A DNA stretch of 52,924 nucleotides from Thermoanaerobaculaceae bacterium (lineage in GTDB: Bacteria; Acidobacteriota; Thermoanaerobaculia; Thermoanaerobaculales; Thermoanaerobaculaceae): contig JACADV010000016.1 in assembly GCA_013388425.1 (NCBI GenBank), positions 1 to 52,924 of the forward strand, read 5' to 3'. The translations under genes were made by a program, and so were the position numbers. The notes under the pieces are model-generated. The model was not told the origin of the DNA. It made no database searches and worked only from the letters and a program-made list of their open reading frames with translations. Below are positions 10,051 to 19,089 of this stretch, in pieces (positions within the stretch are counted from its first letter, which is position 1; each line of letters opens with the position of its first letter).

Positions 10051-10124
10051 GGTCGCTCCCTCCGTCTCTGGCCCTATTCTACCCGGCCCGGCCGATCCCC
10101 GCAGCAGCAGGCAGCCGCGGGAAC

Positions 10125-10153
10125 TTGACAGATGGGCGGGCCATCCGTAGCAT
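10125..10153 (+). promoter_or_regulatory. Sigma70-type promoter for the tRNA-Val/tRNA-Asp operon
   Basis: Perfect -35 TTGACA (10125-10130), a 17-nt spacer and -10 TAGCAT (10148-10153), about 20 nt ahead of tRNA-Val. Confidence 0.45.
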
Positions 10154-10173
10154 GAGCATCCCCGGAGAGCCGC

Positions 10174-10248
10174 GGGAGGTTAGCTCAGCGGCAGAGCACC
10201 TGCCTTACACGCAGGGGGTCGCGGGTTCAAATCCCACACCTCCCACCA
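10174..10248 (+). tRNA. tRNA-Val (anticodon UAC), CCA encoded
   Basis: Manual cloverleaf: acceptor GGGAGGT/ACCTCCC, D arm GCTC/GAGC, anticodon stem CCTGC/GCAGG with loop CTTACAC, T loop TTCAAAT. Close to E. coli tRNA-Val(UAC). Confidence 0.9.
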
Positions 10249-10271
10249 CCCGCGGAGCGAAGGGCCGAGGC

Positions 10272-10348
<77 letters not shown>

Positions 10349-10359
10349 CCTCACGTTCA

Positions 10360-10386
10360 GCCCTGCCCACGGGCGGGGCTTTTGCT
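10360..10386 (+). terminator. Rho-independent terminator of the tRNA operon
   Basis: GCCCTGCCC-ac-GGGCGGGGC hairpin (one G-U pair) immediately followed by TTTTGCTTG. Confidence 0.55.
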
Positions 10387-10487
10387 TGCCAGCGCTCCCT
10401 TCCCAGCCGCCACCACGCGCCCCCGCGGCCACCCGCTAAGGCGCCCCTCCGGGGCGCGCGGAGCATCGGCCAGCGGAGGAGAACACC

Positions 10488-10850
10488 ATGGGTGGGCAGG
10501 CGATACGCGAAGGGGTCGTGTGGGTGCGGGCGGTGGATTGGCAACGCCGGCTCTTCGACGAGCTGGTGCCCATCCCCCGCGGCACCACGGACAACGCCGA
10601 CCCGGTGCGCGGCCGGGAGAAGACTGTCTTCATCGATAGCGTGGACCCCTCGTGCTGGGACGCGCTGGCGGGCAGCCTCGCGAGCCTGGGCGTCGAGAGG
10701 CTCGACCACGTGGTCTCGAACCACGCTGAGCAAGACCACTCCGGTTCCCTGCCCAAGGTGCTCCAGGGGTTCCCCACTGCCACCGTGCTCACCACGCCCA
10801 AGGGCAAGGGGATGCCCAAGGATCTGCTGCAGATTCCAGCGGTCAGGCTA
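10488..10850 (+). pseudogene. Truncated N-terminal fragment (about 120 aa) of a flavodiiron / metallo-beta-lactamase-fold protein
   Basis: ATG 10488 sits behind a strong Shine-Dalgarno (GGAGGAGAACACC). The MBL/FDP N-terminal pattern EGVVWV..DW..RLFDEL...TVFIDSVDP....LDHVVSNHAEQDHSGSLP..L..FP.ATVL is present. Similarity stops where the convergent lipoprotein gene ends (10848). The track ORF runs on in frame to 11990, but only as H/R/G-rich shadow sequence. Confidence 0.5.
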
Positions 10851-11306
10851 GAACACCAGCACGTAGCGAGTCCCCCCGCCGCTGCCCAGGGCGTAGCAGG
10901 TACCTTGGCCCGAGAGGCGGACACGCTGCTCCACGGCCACCTCGCAGTGGAGCACCGTCCCTTGCTCGCCCTGGAGCTCCCCCGCCAGGTGCAGGGTACG
11001 CGGGCCAGCCGCCAGCAACGAAGCGCCACTGGGACCAGCCGGTCCACGAGTCACCGCCGAGGCGGCGAGGGGGTCGAGCATCGGTACGGGCTGCCGCCGG
11101 TCGCCCACCGGCTCCAGCCGCCCGGCGAGCTTCTCGCCGCTGGCCGGCTCGACCACGGTGACGAAGGCGGTCTCCCCCTCCAGCACCACCCGCGCCGCCA
11201 CGGCCGGACCTTCGGGGAGGCGGCGCAGCACACCCGTGCGGGTGACGCTGCAGCCGGCCACGAGGACCACCACCACGGCGGCGAGAGCACCGCCCCTCTC
11301 TACCAT
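10848..11306 (-). CDS. Hypothetical lipoprotein
   Basis: Signal peptide with lipobox LVAG-CS; plausible amino-acid composition; no known domain. Confidence 0.55.
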   Translation of the reverse strand: MVERGGALAAVVVVLVAGCSVTRTGVLRRLPEGPAVAARVVLEGETAFVTVVEPASGEKLAGRLEPVGDRRQPVPMLDPLAASAVTRGPAGPSGASLLAAGPRTLHLAGELQGEQGTVLHCEVAVEQRVRLSGQGTCYALGSGGGTRYVLVF

Positions 11307-11334
11307 CTGCCCGTCACTGTAGCGTGCGAGCGAG

Positions 11335-11370
11335 GGGGCGTAAAGCGAGGGGGGTTATGGTGCATAATGG
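11335..11370 (+). promoter_or_regulatory. Candidate extended -10 promoter (TGcATAAT at 11361-11368) in the divergent region between the lipoprotein and outer-membrane-protein genes
   Basis: The TGCATAAT extended -10 element lies about 30 nt upstream of ATG 11400. The -35 element is weak. Confidence 0.3.
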
Positions 11371-11399
11371 GGTGCCGGTTTTCCGGCCAGGGAGACAGG

Positions 11400-11990
11400 A
11401 TGAAGGGCCAGCGTGAGCGTGCTGTGCAAACCCTCTGGATGGCCGCGGCGGTAGCGGTGCTGCTCCTCGCCGCCCCAAGCTCGGCCCAGGGCCTGTACGT
11501 GGGTGCCGCCTACTCCTGGACAGGGGTGGACCTAGCCGAGGGGGGTGTGGACTGGGCAACCTTCGAAGAGAACGCCGACGGCTACAAGCTCGTGGCCGGG
11601 TATCGCGGTGATTTCTTTGGCATCGAGGGCGCCTGGATCAACTTCGGGTCGGTGGACGCCAGCCAACTGGAGGGGTTCGACGAGGGGTGGGCGGAAGCCA
11701 ATACCGACGCCTGGAGTCTCGCCATCACCGCCCACCTGCCGCTGGGCTCCAGACTCACCGCCACGGCCAAGGCGGGGTACTACTTCTGGGACAGCCAAGT
11801 GACCGGTACCCAAGATTTCCTCGACCGCTGGGGCGAAGCCGCGCGGAACGGTGACGACTACTTCTACGGTTTTGGCCTCCTGGTGAGCGTCACGAAGCAC
11901 GTGGGCGTGGTGGGGGAGTGGGAGAAGTACCCGGCTGCTGGCGGGTTCGACTTCACCATGACGAGCCTGGGGGTGCGCTTCTCCCTGTAG
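11400..11990 (+). CDS. Outer-membrane beta-barrel protein (OmpA-like N-terminal / OmpW-type small porin fold)
   Basis: GGAGACAGG Shine-Dalgarno; signal peptide MKGQRERAVQTLWMAAAVAVLLLAAPSSA; alternating amphipathic strands (YVGAAYSW, YKLVAGYRGD, WSLAITAHL, GYYFWDS, YGFGLLVSV) ending in a C-terminal aromatic residue (FSL). Confidence 0.7.
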   Translation: MKGQRERAVQTLWMAAAVAVLLLAAPSSAQGLYVGAAYSWTGVDLAEGGVDWATFEENADGYKLVAGYRGDFFGIEGAWINFGSVDASQLEGFDEGWAEANTDAWSLAITAHLPLGSRLTATAKAGYYFWDSQVTGTQDFLDRWGEAARNGDDYFYGFGLLVSVTKHVGVVGEWEKYPAAGGFDFTMTSLGVRFSL

Positions 11991-12015
11991 GGAACCGCTG
12001 CCGACCCAGGAGGGG

Positions 12016-13113
12016 TCAGCGCTTCGCCTGCACCTCCAGGAAGTCCCGGTATTCGGCCTCGTAGAGGGACAGGAGTGCTGCGCACAGCGCGAACACCACC
12101 GGACCGTAGATCACACCCAGCAGGCCGAACGCCTGCATGCCGCCCAGGATGGCGAAGAACAGGAAGACCGTGCTCATCCCCGCTTCCCCCTTCATCAGGA
12201 GGGGGCGGAGGAAGTTGTCGATGGAACCCACGACGATGGCCGAGTAGAGGACGAGGAAGAGGGCGGCCCAGGGTCGGCCAGCGAGGAGCAGGTAGATGGC
12301 CGCCGGTCCCCAGATCAGAGTCGTCCCCGCCACCGGGATGAGGCTCGCCAGGGCCATCATCGCCCCCCAGAAAAGCCCTGGTATGCCCACGATCGCCAGG
12401 CCGATGCCACCGGCAATCCCCTGGGCGATGGCGGTGGCAAACGTCCCCAGCACGGCCGACCGCGATACGGCTCGAAACCGCTCGATGAGGAGCTGGTCCT
12501 GGGAGGCCCGCAGGGGGCTGAGCTGGCGCAGGTGCGCCAGCAGCTGCTCCCCCTCGCAGAGCAGGTAGAAGAGCACGAACAGCATCAAGAGCATCTGCGA
12601 GAGCAACCAGCCGGTGCCCGACAGCAGCACCCCACCCTTGGCCAGCAGGAAGCTGCCCACATTCTTGGAGGCCCCCACCAGCAGGGCAGCCAGGTCGACC
12701 CGATCGGGATCGATGAGAGGCAGGTACTTCTGCATGAGGGGGCGCAGGCGCTCCATCCACGGTGTGGCCAAAAGCTCGTTGAGGCGACCCGACTCCACCC
12801 ACCCCTGGACCGCCTGCACCGACTCCACCCCTTGCGCAATGAGGGCCGTGACCACCACCGCCAGCGGCCCCAGCATGACCAGCACCAGAAGCACGCAGGT
12901 GAGGAGGGCGGCCAGCCCCGACTTGCCGCGCAGGCGGCTGCGAATCCACCCGTAGACCGGGTGGAGGAGGGGGGCGAGGATGACGGCGAGGAGGATCGGG
13001 TGCAGGAACGGCTTGACGATACGGAAGGCCAAGTACAGCGCGCCCGCCAGCAGGACCAGGAGCGCCAGCCGGCCCCGCGGCAGCTTGTCAGGACAAGGCT
13101 CTTGTGCGTTCAT
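12016..13113 (-). CDS. AI-2E family transporter (PerM/YhhT, UPF0118)
   Basis: Eight-TM profile with the family's conserved C-terminal region GSIDNFLRPLLMKGEAGMSTVFLFFAILGGMQAFGLLGVIYGPVVFAL. Confidence 0.85.
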   Translation of the reverse strand: MNAQEPCPDKLPRGRLALLVLLAGALYLAFRIVKPFLHPILLAVILAPLLHPVYGWIRSRLRGKSGLAALLTCVLLVLVMLGPLAVVVTALIAQGVESVQAVQGWVESGRLNELLATPWMERLRPLMQKYLPLIDPDRVDLAALLVGASKNVGSFLLAKGGVLLSGTGWLLSQMLLMLFVLFYLLCEGEQLLAHLRQLSPLRASQDQLLIERFRAVSRSAVLGTFATAIAQGIAGGIGLAIVGIPGLFWGAMMALASLIPVAGTTLIWGPAAIYLLLAGRPWAALFLVLYSAIVVGSIDNFLRPLLMKGEAGMSTVFLFFAILGGMQAFGLLGVIYGPVVFALCAALLSLYEAEYRDFLEVQAKR

Positions 13114-13160
13114 GGGACGAGCCTATCAGAACGGCCTGCGGTCGGCGAGGGCCGTTGGTG

Positions 13161-14141
13161 CTAGAACCGGTTGTCGCCATCCAAGAGGCCTCCCAACGGT
13201 CCGAGGATCGACCCCTCCTCGCGGCTACCGAGCCGCTGCGGCGCCGCGGCGAGCATGCGCCCTGCCAGCCGCGAGAACGGCAACGACTGCAGCCACACCT
13301 TCCCCGGGCCGCGCAGCACGGCAAAGAACAACCCCTCCCCTCCGAACAGCATGGTCTTGATCCCCCCCGCCTGCTGGATGTCGAACTCCACCGTCGGTTC
13401 AAAGGCCACCACGCACCCCGTGTCCACGTGCAACACCTCGCCCGGCGCCAAGTCGCGCTCCACCACCGTGCCGCCGGCGTGCACGAACACCAGTCCGTCC
13501 CCCTCCAGCTTCTGCATCACGAAGCCCTCGCCCCCAAATAGCCCGGTGAGGATCTTGCGCTGGAAGAAGATGCCGATGGAGACGCCCTTGGCGGCGCAGA
13601 GGAAGCTGTCCTTCTGGCAAACGAGGCAGCCGCCGTGCTGGGCCAGGTGAACGGGGGTGATGGTGCCGGGGAAAGGGGCGGCAAACGCCACGTGGGCTTT
13701 GCCTGCGCCGGTGTGGGTGAAAACGGTAATGAAGAGGCTCTCGCCGGTGAGCAGGCGCTTGCCCGCCCCCAAGAGCTTGTCGAGAAACGTCCCGGAGGAC
13801 GAGGCGTCCCCGAAAACGGTCCGCATCTCCACCGACGGCGCCTTGTACATCATGGCTCCCGCCTCGGCAATGGCGCTCTCGCCCGGGTCCAGCTCCACCT
13901 CCACGAACTGCATCTCCGCCCCGATGAGGCGGTAGTCGATCTCGTCGGCTCGCCGCCCCGTCGGCACGGGTGGCGGACTGCCCCCGCGCCTGAACTCACC
14001 CACCTGTCGAATCGGCACCCACTCGGCAAGACCCTCGCGCCAGGCGTAGCCGTTGGGGTTGGCGGCGGCACGCCGCGCCGCTTCCTCCTCCTCCAGTGGA
14101 CCGATCCGCTCCGTGCCGTAGGCCAGGAACCACTTTGCCAT
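13161..14141 (-). CDS. AIM24/TIGR00266 family protein with an N-terminal DUF4339 (GYF-like) domain
   Basis: N-terminus MAKWFLAYGTERIGPLEEEEA (DUF4339 pattern), then the AIM24 beta-rich core (ITVFTHTGAGKAHVAFAAPFPGTITPV...LVCQKDSFLCAAKGVSIG...FVMQKLEGDGLVFVHAGG). GGAGGAG Shine-Dalgarno. Confidence 0.75.
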   Translation of the reverse strand: MAKWFLAYGTERIGPLEEEEAARRAAANPNGYAWREGLAEWVPIRQVGEFRRGGSPPPVPTGRRADEIDYRLIGAEMQFVEVELDPGESAIAEAGAMMYKAPSVEMRTVFGDASSSGTFLDKLLGAGKRLLTGESLFITVFTHTGAGKAHVAFAAPFPGTITPVHLAQHGGCLVCQKDSFLCAAKGVSIGIFFQRKILTGLFGGEGFVMQKLEGDGLVFVHAGGTVVERDLAPGEVLHVDTGCVVAFEPTVEFDIQQAGGIKTMLFGGEGLFFAVLRGPGKVWLQSLPFSRLAGRMLAAAPQRLGSREEGSILGPLGGLLDGDNRF

Positions 14142-14173
14142 GCTTCACTCCTCCTGCCTCTGCAGCCCGCACG

Positions 14174-15544
14174 CTACTGGGCTGCCTCCTCGTCTCCCCC
14201 CGCGCCGATGCCCCCGCAGGAACGACGGGCCAGCTCAGCCAGGGACTCGGCAACCGAAAGTGCCTCCTCCCGCCGCGCCGCCTCCACCATGATGCGGAGC
14301 AGCGGCTCCGTCCCCGAGTAGCGCACCAGCACCCGCCCACCCCCGGTGAACGAGCGTTCTGCCGCCGCGATGGCCGAGGTGAGCTGCGGCAGCTCGGTGA
14401 GGGGGCGGCGGCTGGCGACCTTGACGTTGAGCAGCACCTGGGGAAAGCGCTGGAGGCGGGCTGCCTCCTCCAGGGACGCCCCCCGCCCGTGGAGCAGCGA
14501 GAGCACGTGGCACGCCGTGAGGAGACCGTCGCCCGTGACCGAGTGGTGGGCGCAGATCACGTGCCCCGACTGCTCGCCACCCAGCGCTGCGCCGCTCGCC
14601 TCCATTGCCGCCCACACCTCCCGGTCCCCCACCGGACAGCGCAACAGGCGAATCCCTCTCGCGCCCAGGGCCCGCTCCAGCCCCAGGTTGGACATGACGG
14701 TGGCCACCACCACCCTCCCCGGCAGCCGCCCCACCTCCGCCAGGTGGGAACCCCACAGGAGGAGGATTTCGTCGCCGTCCAGGATCCGCCCGGTGTGGGT
14801 CACGAGGATAGCCCGGTCCGCATCGCCGTCCAGGGCCACGCCCACGTGGGCCCGGCGCGCCACCACGGTCGCAGCAAGGGCCTGGGGGTGCACCGCCCCG
14901 CAGTCCTGGTTGATGTTGCCCCCGTCCGGAGCAGAAAAGATCCCCTCCACCTGGGCCCCGAGCCGGGAGAACAGCTCCTCCGCCAGGCCGGAGCCTGCCC
15001 CGTTGGCAGCATCTACCAGCACCCGCAGGCCCTCCAGGGTGGCGCCGTCCAGGGTGCGGCTCAGCCACGAGAGGTAGCGCTCCTGCCAGTGGCGGGCAAG
15101 AGCTGGCAGCGGCGCCTGGGTAACGGCACCGGCCAGCGCGCCGAGGCGTTCCTCCAGCGCCTGCTCCTCCGCCTCGGGCCACTTGGTCCCCCCCGCGCCA
15201 AGCAGCTTGATGCCGTTGTCCCGGGCCGGGTTGTGCGAGGCAGAAATCACCACGCCGGCGCCGAACCCACCACTCCCCCGCAGCAGGTGGGAGACCGCTG
15301 GGGTCGGCAGCACCCCCGCCCACACCACCTCGCCACCGGCGCCGCGAAACGCTCCCCCCAGCCACTGCGCCAAGGTTGGGGTCGAAGCGCGGGTGTCGCC
15401 AGCCAGGAGGATGCGCGTGGGCTGCCCGCTTGCGGCCAGGTGCTCCGCCAGCACCCTGCCCAGCCGGGTCACGGTGGGTTCGTCCAGGGGGGGGACGAAC
15501 GCCTCGCCGCGGATGCCATCGGTCCCGAACAGCCGTCTGGTCAT
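14174..15544 (-). CDS. glmM: Phosphoglucosamine mutase
   Basis: MTRRLFGTDGIRGEAF...VISASHNPARDNGIKLL...GVALDGDADRAILV. Its ATG overlaps the cdaR stop (ATGA). Confidence 0.9.
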   Translation of the reverse strand: MTRRLFGTDGIRGEAFVPPLDEPTVTRLGRVLAEHLAASGQPTRILLAGDTRASTPTLAQWLGGAFRGAGGEVVWAGVLPTPAVSHLLRGSGGFGAGVVISASHNPARDNGIKLLGAGGTKWPEAEEQALEERLGALAGAVTQAPLPALARHWQERYLSWLSRTLDGATLEGLRVLVDAANGAGSGLAEELFSRLGAQVEGIFSAPDGGNINQDCGAVHPQALAATVVARRAHVGVALDGDADRAILVTHTGRILDGDEILLLWGSHLAEVGRLPGRVVVATVMSNLGLERALGARGIRLLRCPVGDREVWAAMEASGAALGGEQSGHVICAHHSVTGDGLLTACHVLSLLHGRGASLEEAARLQRFPQVLLNVKVASRRPLTELPQLTSAIAAAERSFTGGGRVLVRYSGTEPLLRIMVEAARREEALSVAESLAELARRSCGGIGAGGDEEAAQ

Positions 15545-16221
15545 CAGGGCACCTCGCTGCCCCGCAACCCCCTGGCGGGGACGATGGTCACCGCCACCCG
15601 AACGGTGAGCGGTTCGACAATGCGCACGAGGGGGTGGGGCGAGTGGACTGCCACCACCGTTTCCACGGTGCTACTGGCTGCCGTCACTACCACCGGATCG
15701 GAGGTGACGGCCGGGAGGGTGTCGAGCACCAGCCGTGGACCACTCACCACCACCCCTGCGGGCTCGGTGAGCACGTGCCCCACCACCATCCCTGGCGCAG
15801 GCGTGCCGCTGATCGGTGGCGTGACGGGGAGACGGCGGCGCACCACCCGCTCCAGGCGCAGCGGCAAGCGTGACGGGGAGACGGCCAGCACCTCGATCCC
15901 GGCCGGTACCACCACCTGGCGCGTCTCCACCGCCACGTCGTGATCGCCCTCGCCCACCCCCCGCAGGTCGATCACTACCCCCACATCGGCGGCGGCCAGC
16001 GACCGCAGGCGGGAGAGCGGGCCACGCAAGCGCAACGTGAGGCCGGGGGGAACCTCCGAGGTGATGGCGAGCTCCGCACCGATATTGACGAAGGTCACGG
16101 CCGCGTCCAGCTGCCGCTCGGAGATTCGCTCGCGGCGCACCAGCGCCGTCGAGTACCAGAGCAAGCAGGCAAAGAAGAGCGCCACCAGGAAAGAAACCGG
16201 GTGCCGGGGCCAGAGGCGCAT
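15544..16221 (-). CDS. cdaR: CdaR (YbbR-like domain) regulator of diadenylate cyclase
   Basis: N-terminal TM followed by repeated YbbR-like beta segments; sits between cdaA and glmM as in the canonical operon. ATG at 16219-16221 overlaps the cdaA stop (ATGA); GTG 16224 is an alternative start. Confidence 0.75.
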   Translation of the reverse strand: MRLWPRHPVSFLVALFFACLLWYSTALVRRERISERQLDAAVTFVNIGAELAITSEVPPGLTLRLRGPLSRLRSLAAADVGVVIDLRGVGEGDHDVAVETRQVVVPAGIEVLAVSPSRLPLRLERVVRRRLPVTPPISGTPAPGMVVGHVLTEPAGVVVSGPRLVLDTLPAVTSDPVVVTAASSTVETVVAVHSPHPLVRIVEPLTVRVAVTIVPARGLRGSEVP

Positions 16222-17018
16222 CACGCTGCCCTCCGCTCTCCGAGCAGCAGCAGCTCCATGAGCAGGTAGCGCAACGCCTGGATGTCGAGGTTGGTGTGGA
16301 GTTGCCCGTTCTCGGCCACCGCCACCGCCCCTCGTTCCTCCGACACCACCACCGCCACGGCGTCGGTCTCTTCGGCAATGCCCAGGGCGGCGCGGTGCCG
16401 CGAGCCGTATTCCGTCGACAGGTCAGCCCGGGTGGACAGCGGCAAGAAGCACCCGGCCGCCACGATGCGATTCCCCTGGATGATGGCCGCCCCGTCGTGG
16501 AGGGGGGTGCCGGGGACGAAGATGTTGACCAGGAGGTCGTAGGAGAGTTGCGCATCCAACGGGATGCCGGTGTCGGCGTAGGTGCGCAGTCCCTCCCCCC
16601 GCTCCACGACGATGAGCGCACCGTGCCGGCGGGCCACGAGGGTGTCGCAGGCCAGCACGATCTCGTTGATGAGCACCTGTCGGGGGGAGAGGGAGGAAAA
16701 CCAGCGGATCAGGCGGGTGCGGCCCACGGTCGCCAGGATGCGACGGATCTCGTGCTGGAAGAGAACGATGATCACGAACGGCAGGTAGAAGAGAACCTCG
16801 CGTAGCACGGTGGCGAGGGTGATGAGGTCCAGCGCCACCGCCAGGGCGTAGGTGCCCGTCAAGACCACGATCCCCCACAGCATGGACACCGCCCGTGTGC
16901 CGCGCACCGCCACCAGCGCCACGTAGAACACGGCGGTGACCACGAGGATGTCCACCACGTCGCGGACCCCCACGTTGAGCTGGATCAACTGGCGCAGGGC
17001 AGCGAGCACCGTGCTCAC
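16221..17018 (-). CDS. cdaA: Diadenylate cyclase CdaA (DisA_N / DAC domain, three N-terminal TM helices)
   Basis: DAC motifs RHGALIVVERG, HDGAAIIQGNRIVAAGCFLPLS and RHRAALGIAEETDAVAVVVSEERG. The GTG start overlaps the folP stop (GTGA). Confidence 0.85.
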   Translation of the reverse strand: MSTVLAALRQLIQLNVGVRDVVDILVVTAVFYVALVAVRGTRAVSMLWGIVVLTGTYALAVALDLITLATVLREVLFYLPFVIIVLFQHEIRRILATVGRTRLIRWFSSLSPRQVLINEIVLACDTLVARRHGALIVVERGEGLRTYADTGIPLDAQLSYDLLVNIFVPGTPLHDGAAIIQGNRIVAAGCFLPLSTRADLSTEYGSRHRAALGIAEETDAVAVVVSEERGAVAVAENGQLHTNLDIQALRYLLMELLLLGERRAA

Positions 17019-17845
17019 ACGGCACCCTCGATGGCGGCAGCCACGGTGAGGAACTGGACGGTGGCGCCCACGTCGTGCACCCGCACCACGGTGCGCGGCA
17101 GCGCCGCGAGTCGGCTCAAGGCCGCGAGAGAGCCCGGCAGGCGCGCCTCCACGGACGCTCCGGTTAGCGCCCCGATGAACGACTTGCGCGAGGCACCCAC
17201 CACCACCGGGTAACCGAGCGCCACCAGCTCGGGGAGGGCGTGCAACAGCCGCAGGTTCCCCGCTACGTCCTTGCCGAAGCCGATCCCGGGGTCGAGGAAG
17301 ATGCGGTGGCGGGACACCCCTGCCGCCTCGGCAGCCCGCGCCCGTTCGCCCAGGTACTCGTGCACCTCGGCCACCACGTCGCGGTAGCGGGTGTCCTGCT
17401 GCATGGTCGCTGGCTCGCCGCGCATGTGCATCAGCACAATCCCTGCGCCGCGGCTCGCAACCACCTCCAGCATGTGGGGATCCGCCGCGGCACTCACGTC
17501 GTTGACGAGCACCGCCCCCGCGGCCAGGGCGGCGGCAGCCACGGAGGCGCGCCGGGTGTCGATGGAGACGAGGGCGTGGGGTTCTCGGCGCAGGAGTTCT
17601 GCGATAACCGGCAGCACCCGTTGGCGTTCCGTCGCCTCGCTCACGGGCTGCGCGCCAGGGCGGGTGGACTCCCCGCCCACGTCCAGCACGTCAGCACCTT
17701 CCGCAAGCAGCTGCAGGCCGTGCGCCACGGCATCCTCCGCCGCCAGGTAGCGTCCCCCGTCGGAGAACGAGTCCGGCGTCACGTTGAGGATCCCCATCAC
17801 CGCGGGGCGCCGAAGCTCCCACAGGTGTTCCAGACTTCCCACCAT
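17015..17845 (-). CDS. folP: Dihydropteroate synthase
   Basis: GILNVTPDSFSDGG...DVLDVGGESTRPGA...GASRKSFIG. First ATG is 17845; the track ORF opens at TTG 17884. Confidence 0.85.
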   Translation of the reverse strand: MVGSLEHLWELRRPAVMGILNVTPDSFSDGGRYLAAEDAVAHGLQLLAEGADVLDVGGESTRPGAQPVSEATERQRVLPVIAELLRREPHALVSIDTRRASVAAAALAAGAVLVNDVSAAADPHMLEVVASRGAGIVLMHMRGEPATMQQDTRYRDVVAEVHEYLGERARAAEAAGVSRHRIFLDPGIGFGKDVAGNLRLLHALPELVALGYPVVVGASRKSFIGALTGASVEARLPGSLAALSRLAALPRTVVRVHDVGATVQFLTVAAAIEGAV

Positions 17846-17958
17846 CCCGGTGAAACTGTACCCTACCGCAGCCCCACCTACCAAGGGGTCGCGCGCCCCC
17901 CACGGCGGGAATGGGCACCGGCTTTGCTATCGTATGCATCTGTGTCGAGGGAGGCGCG

Positions 17959-19068
17959 ATGCGGGAGAGAGTGACGGCCCTCGTGGGCGTGATCCTGGCC
18001 ACCAACGGACTTGCTCAGAGCTTCGAAAGCGAAGCCCGGCGCTTTGCCAGCGCCTATCTGCCCTACAAGCCCAACGGGGTGCTGGAGGTGCGGGTGGATC
18101 GCAACGGCCTCACGCCCAGCGGGGCCTACCTCGTGGTCACCGTGACGCGGCAGGCCCAGGAGGAAAAGTCCGCCGACACCCTGACGCTCCTCGTGGATCC
18201 GCAGCGGCGGACGGTGGCTGCGGGACTGGTGGCCGCCCTGCCGCAGAGCGGCGCCCCGATGACAGCTGAGCGGCTCCCCAAGTACGCGGAACAGGAGCTG
18301 CCGGCCGTGCTCTCCGAGATGCTCGGCACGCGCGTGCGGGTGCGCTGGCCGACGGTCCCCGAGCGGCCTTCCGGCGTGGTGTCCCTCACCGCCGAGCTGT
18401 CCACCGGCTACGGCTGGTCCAAGTGGCCCCTGTCCCTCTCCGCCGACGGCAAGTACCTGCTGCTGGGCGCCACCTGGCCCCTGGCCCGCGACCCCCGGGC
18501 CGTGCGGCGCGAGGTCCTCGCCTCGGAGCTCGTGGAGTGGGACCCGGGCAACGAGGGCGCGCCCCTACAGTTTGTCGAGTTTTCCGACTACGAGTGCCCG
18601 GCCTGCAAACGGGCGTGGGCCAGCATCAAACCAGTGCTGGCGCAGTTTGGCCGCAACGTGCGCCACGGCATGGTGGGCTTCCCCCTGGTGCAGAACCACC
18701 CCTGGGCGTTCCGCGCGGCCGTGGCGGGCCGCTGCATCGGCGCCCTCTGGCCCGACCGGTTGTTGGCGTTCAAGGACGAAATGTACCGCCTCCAGGACAC
18801 CCTGTCGGTGGAGACGGTGGACGAGGCGGTTTTTGGCTTCCTCGTGCAGCAGTCGCTGGACGAAAAGGCCTTCCGAAGCTGCTACCTCAAAGACCCGGCG
18901 GTGGATCGGGTCCTCGCCCAGCTAAACCTGGGGCAGCAGATCGGGGTACTGGCCACGCCATCCTACTTCGTCAACGGCGAGCACGTGAGTCACGGCGACC
19001 CCCAGGCCATGGCGGCCCGGCTCCAGGCGATCCTGGCCGCCGGTGGCCTCCCCGAGAAAGCTCCGTGA
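17959..19068 (+). CDS. Secreted DsbA-like thiol:disulfide oxidoreductase (thioredoxin fold) with an N-terminal extra domain
   Basis: GAGGGAGG Shine-Dalgarno; signal peptide MRERVTALVGVILATNGLAQS; CPAC active site in FVEFSDYECPACKRAW; C-terminal DsbA-like segment VLATPSYFVNGE. Confidence 0.7.
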   Translation: MRERVTALVGVILATNGLAQSFESEARRFASAYLPYKPNGVLEVRVDRNGLTPSGAYLVVTVTRQAQEEKSADTLTLLVDPQRRTVAAGLVAALPQSGAPMTAERLPKYAEQELPAVLSEMLGTRVRVRWPTVPERPSGVVSLTAELSTGYGWSKWPLSLSADGKYLLLGATWPLARDPRAVRREVLASELVEWDPGNEGAPLQFVEFSDYECPACKRAWASIKPVLAQFGRNVRHGMVGFPLVQNHPWAFRAAVAGRCIGALWPDRLLAFKDEMYRLQDTLSVETVDEAVFGFLVQQSLDEKAFRSCYLKDPAVDRVLAQLNLGQQIGVLATPSYFVNGEHVSHGDPQAMAARLQAILAAGGLPEKAP

Positions 19069-19089
19069 GCAGCTAGCGGTGCTGCCCCT

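Noticed and set aside
10488-11990. A single 500-aa plus-strand ORF spanning the flavodiiron-like fragment, the antisense of the lipoprotein gene, and the outer-membrane-protein gene
   Set aside because: Only the first ~120 aa and the last 196 aa look like proteins. The middle is H/R/G-rich shadow sequence opposite a well-formed lipoprotein gene. A high-GC genome simply lacks stops, so I split it into a remnant plus a separate outer-membrane-protein gene with its own Shine-Dalgarno and signal peptide.
11990-12020. Short GACCC-aggag-GGGTC hairpin between the convergent outer-membrane-protein and AI-2E genes, and a GCAGC-tagcggt-GCTGC hairpin at 19069-19086 between the dsbA-like gene and mrp
   Set aside because: Both are only 5-bp stems without U-tracts, too weak to call as terminators.
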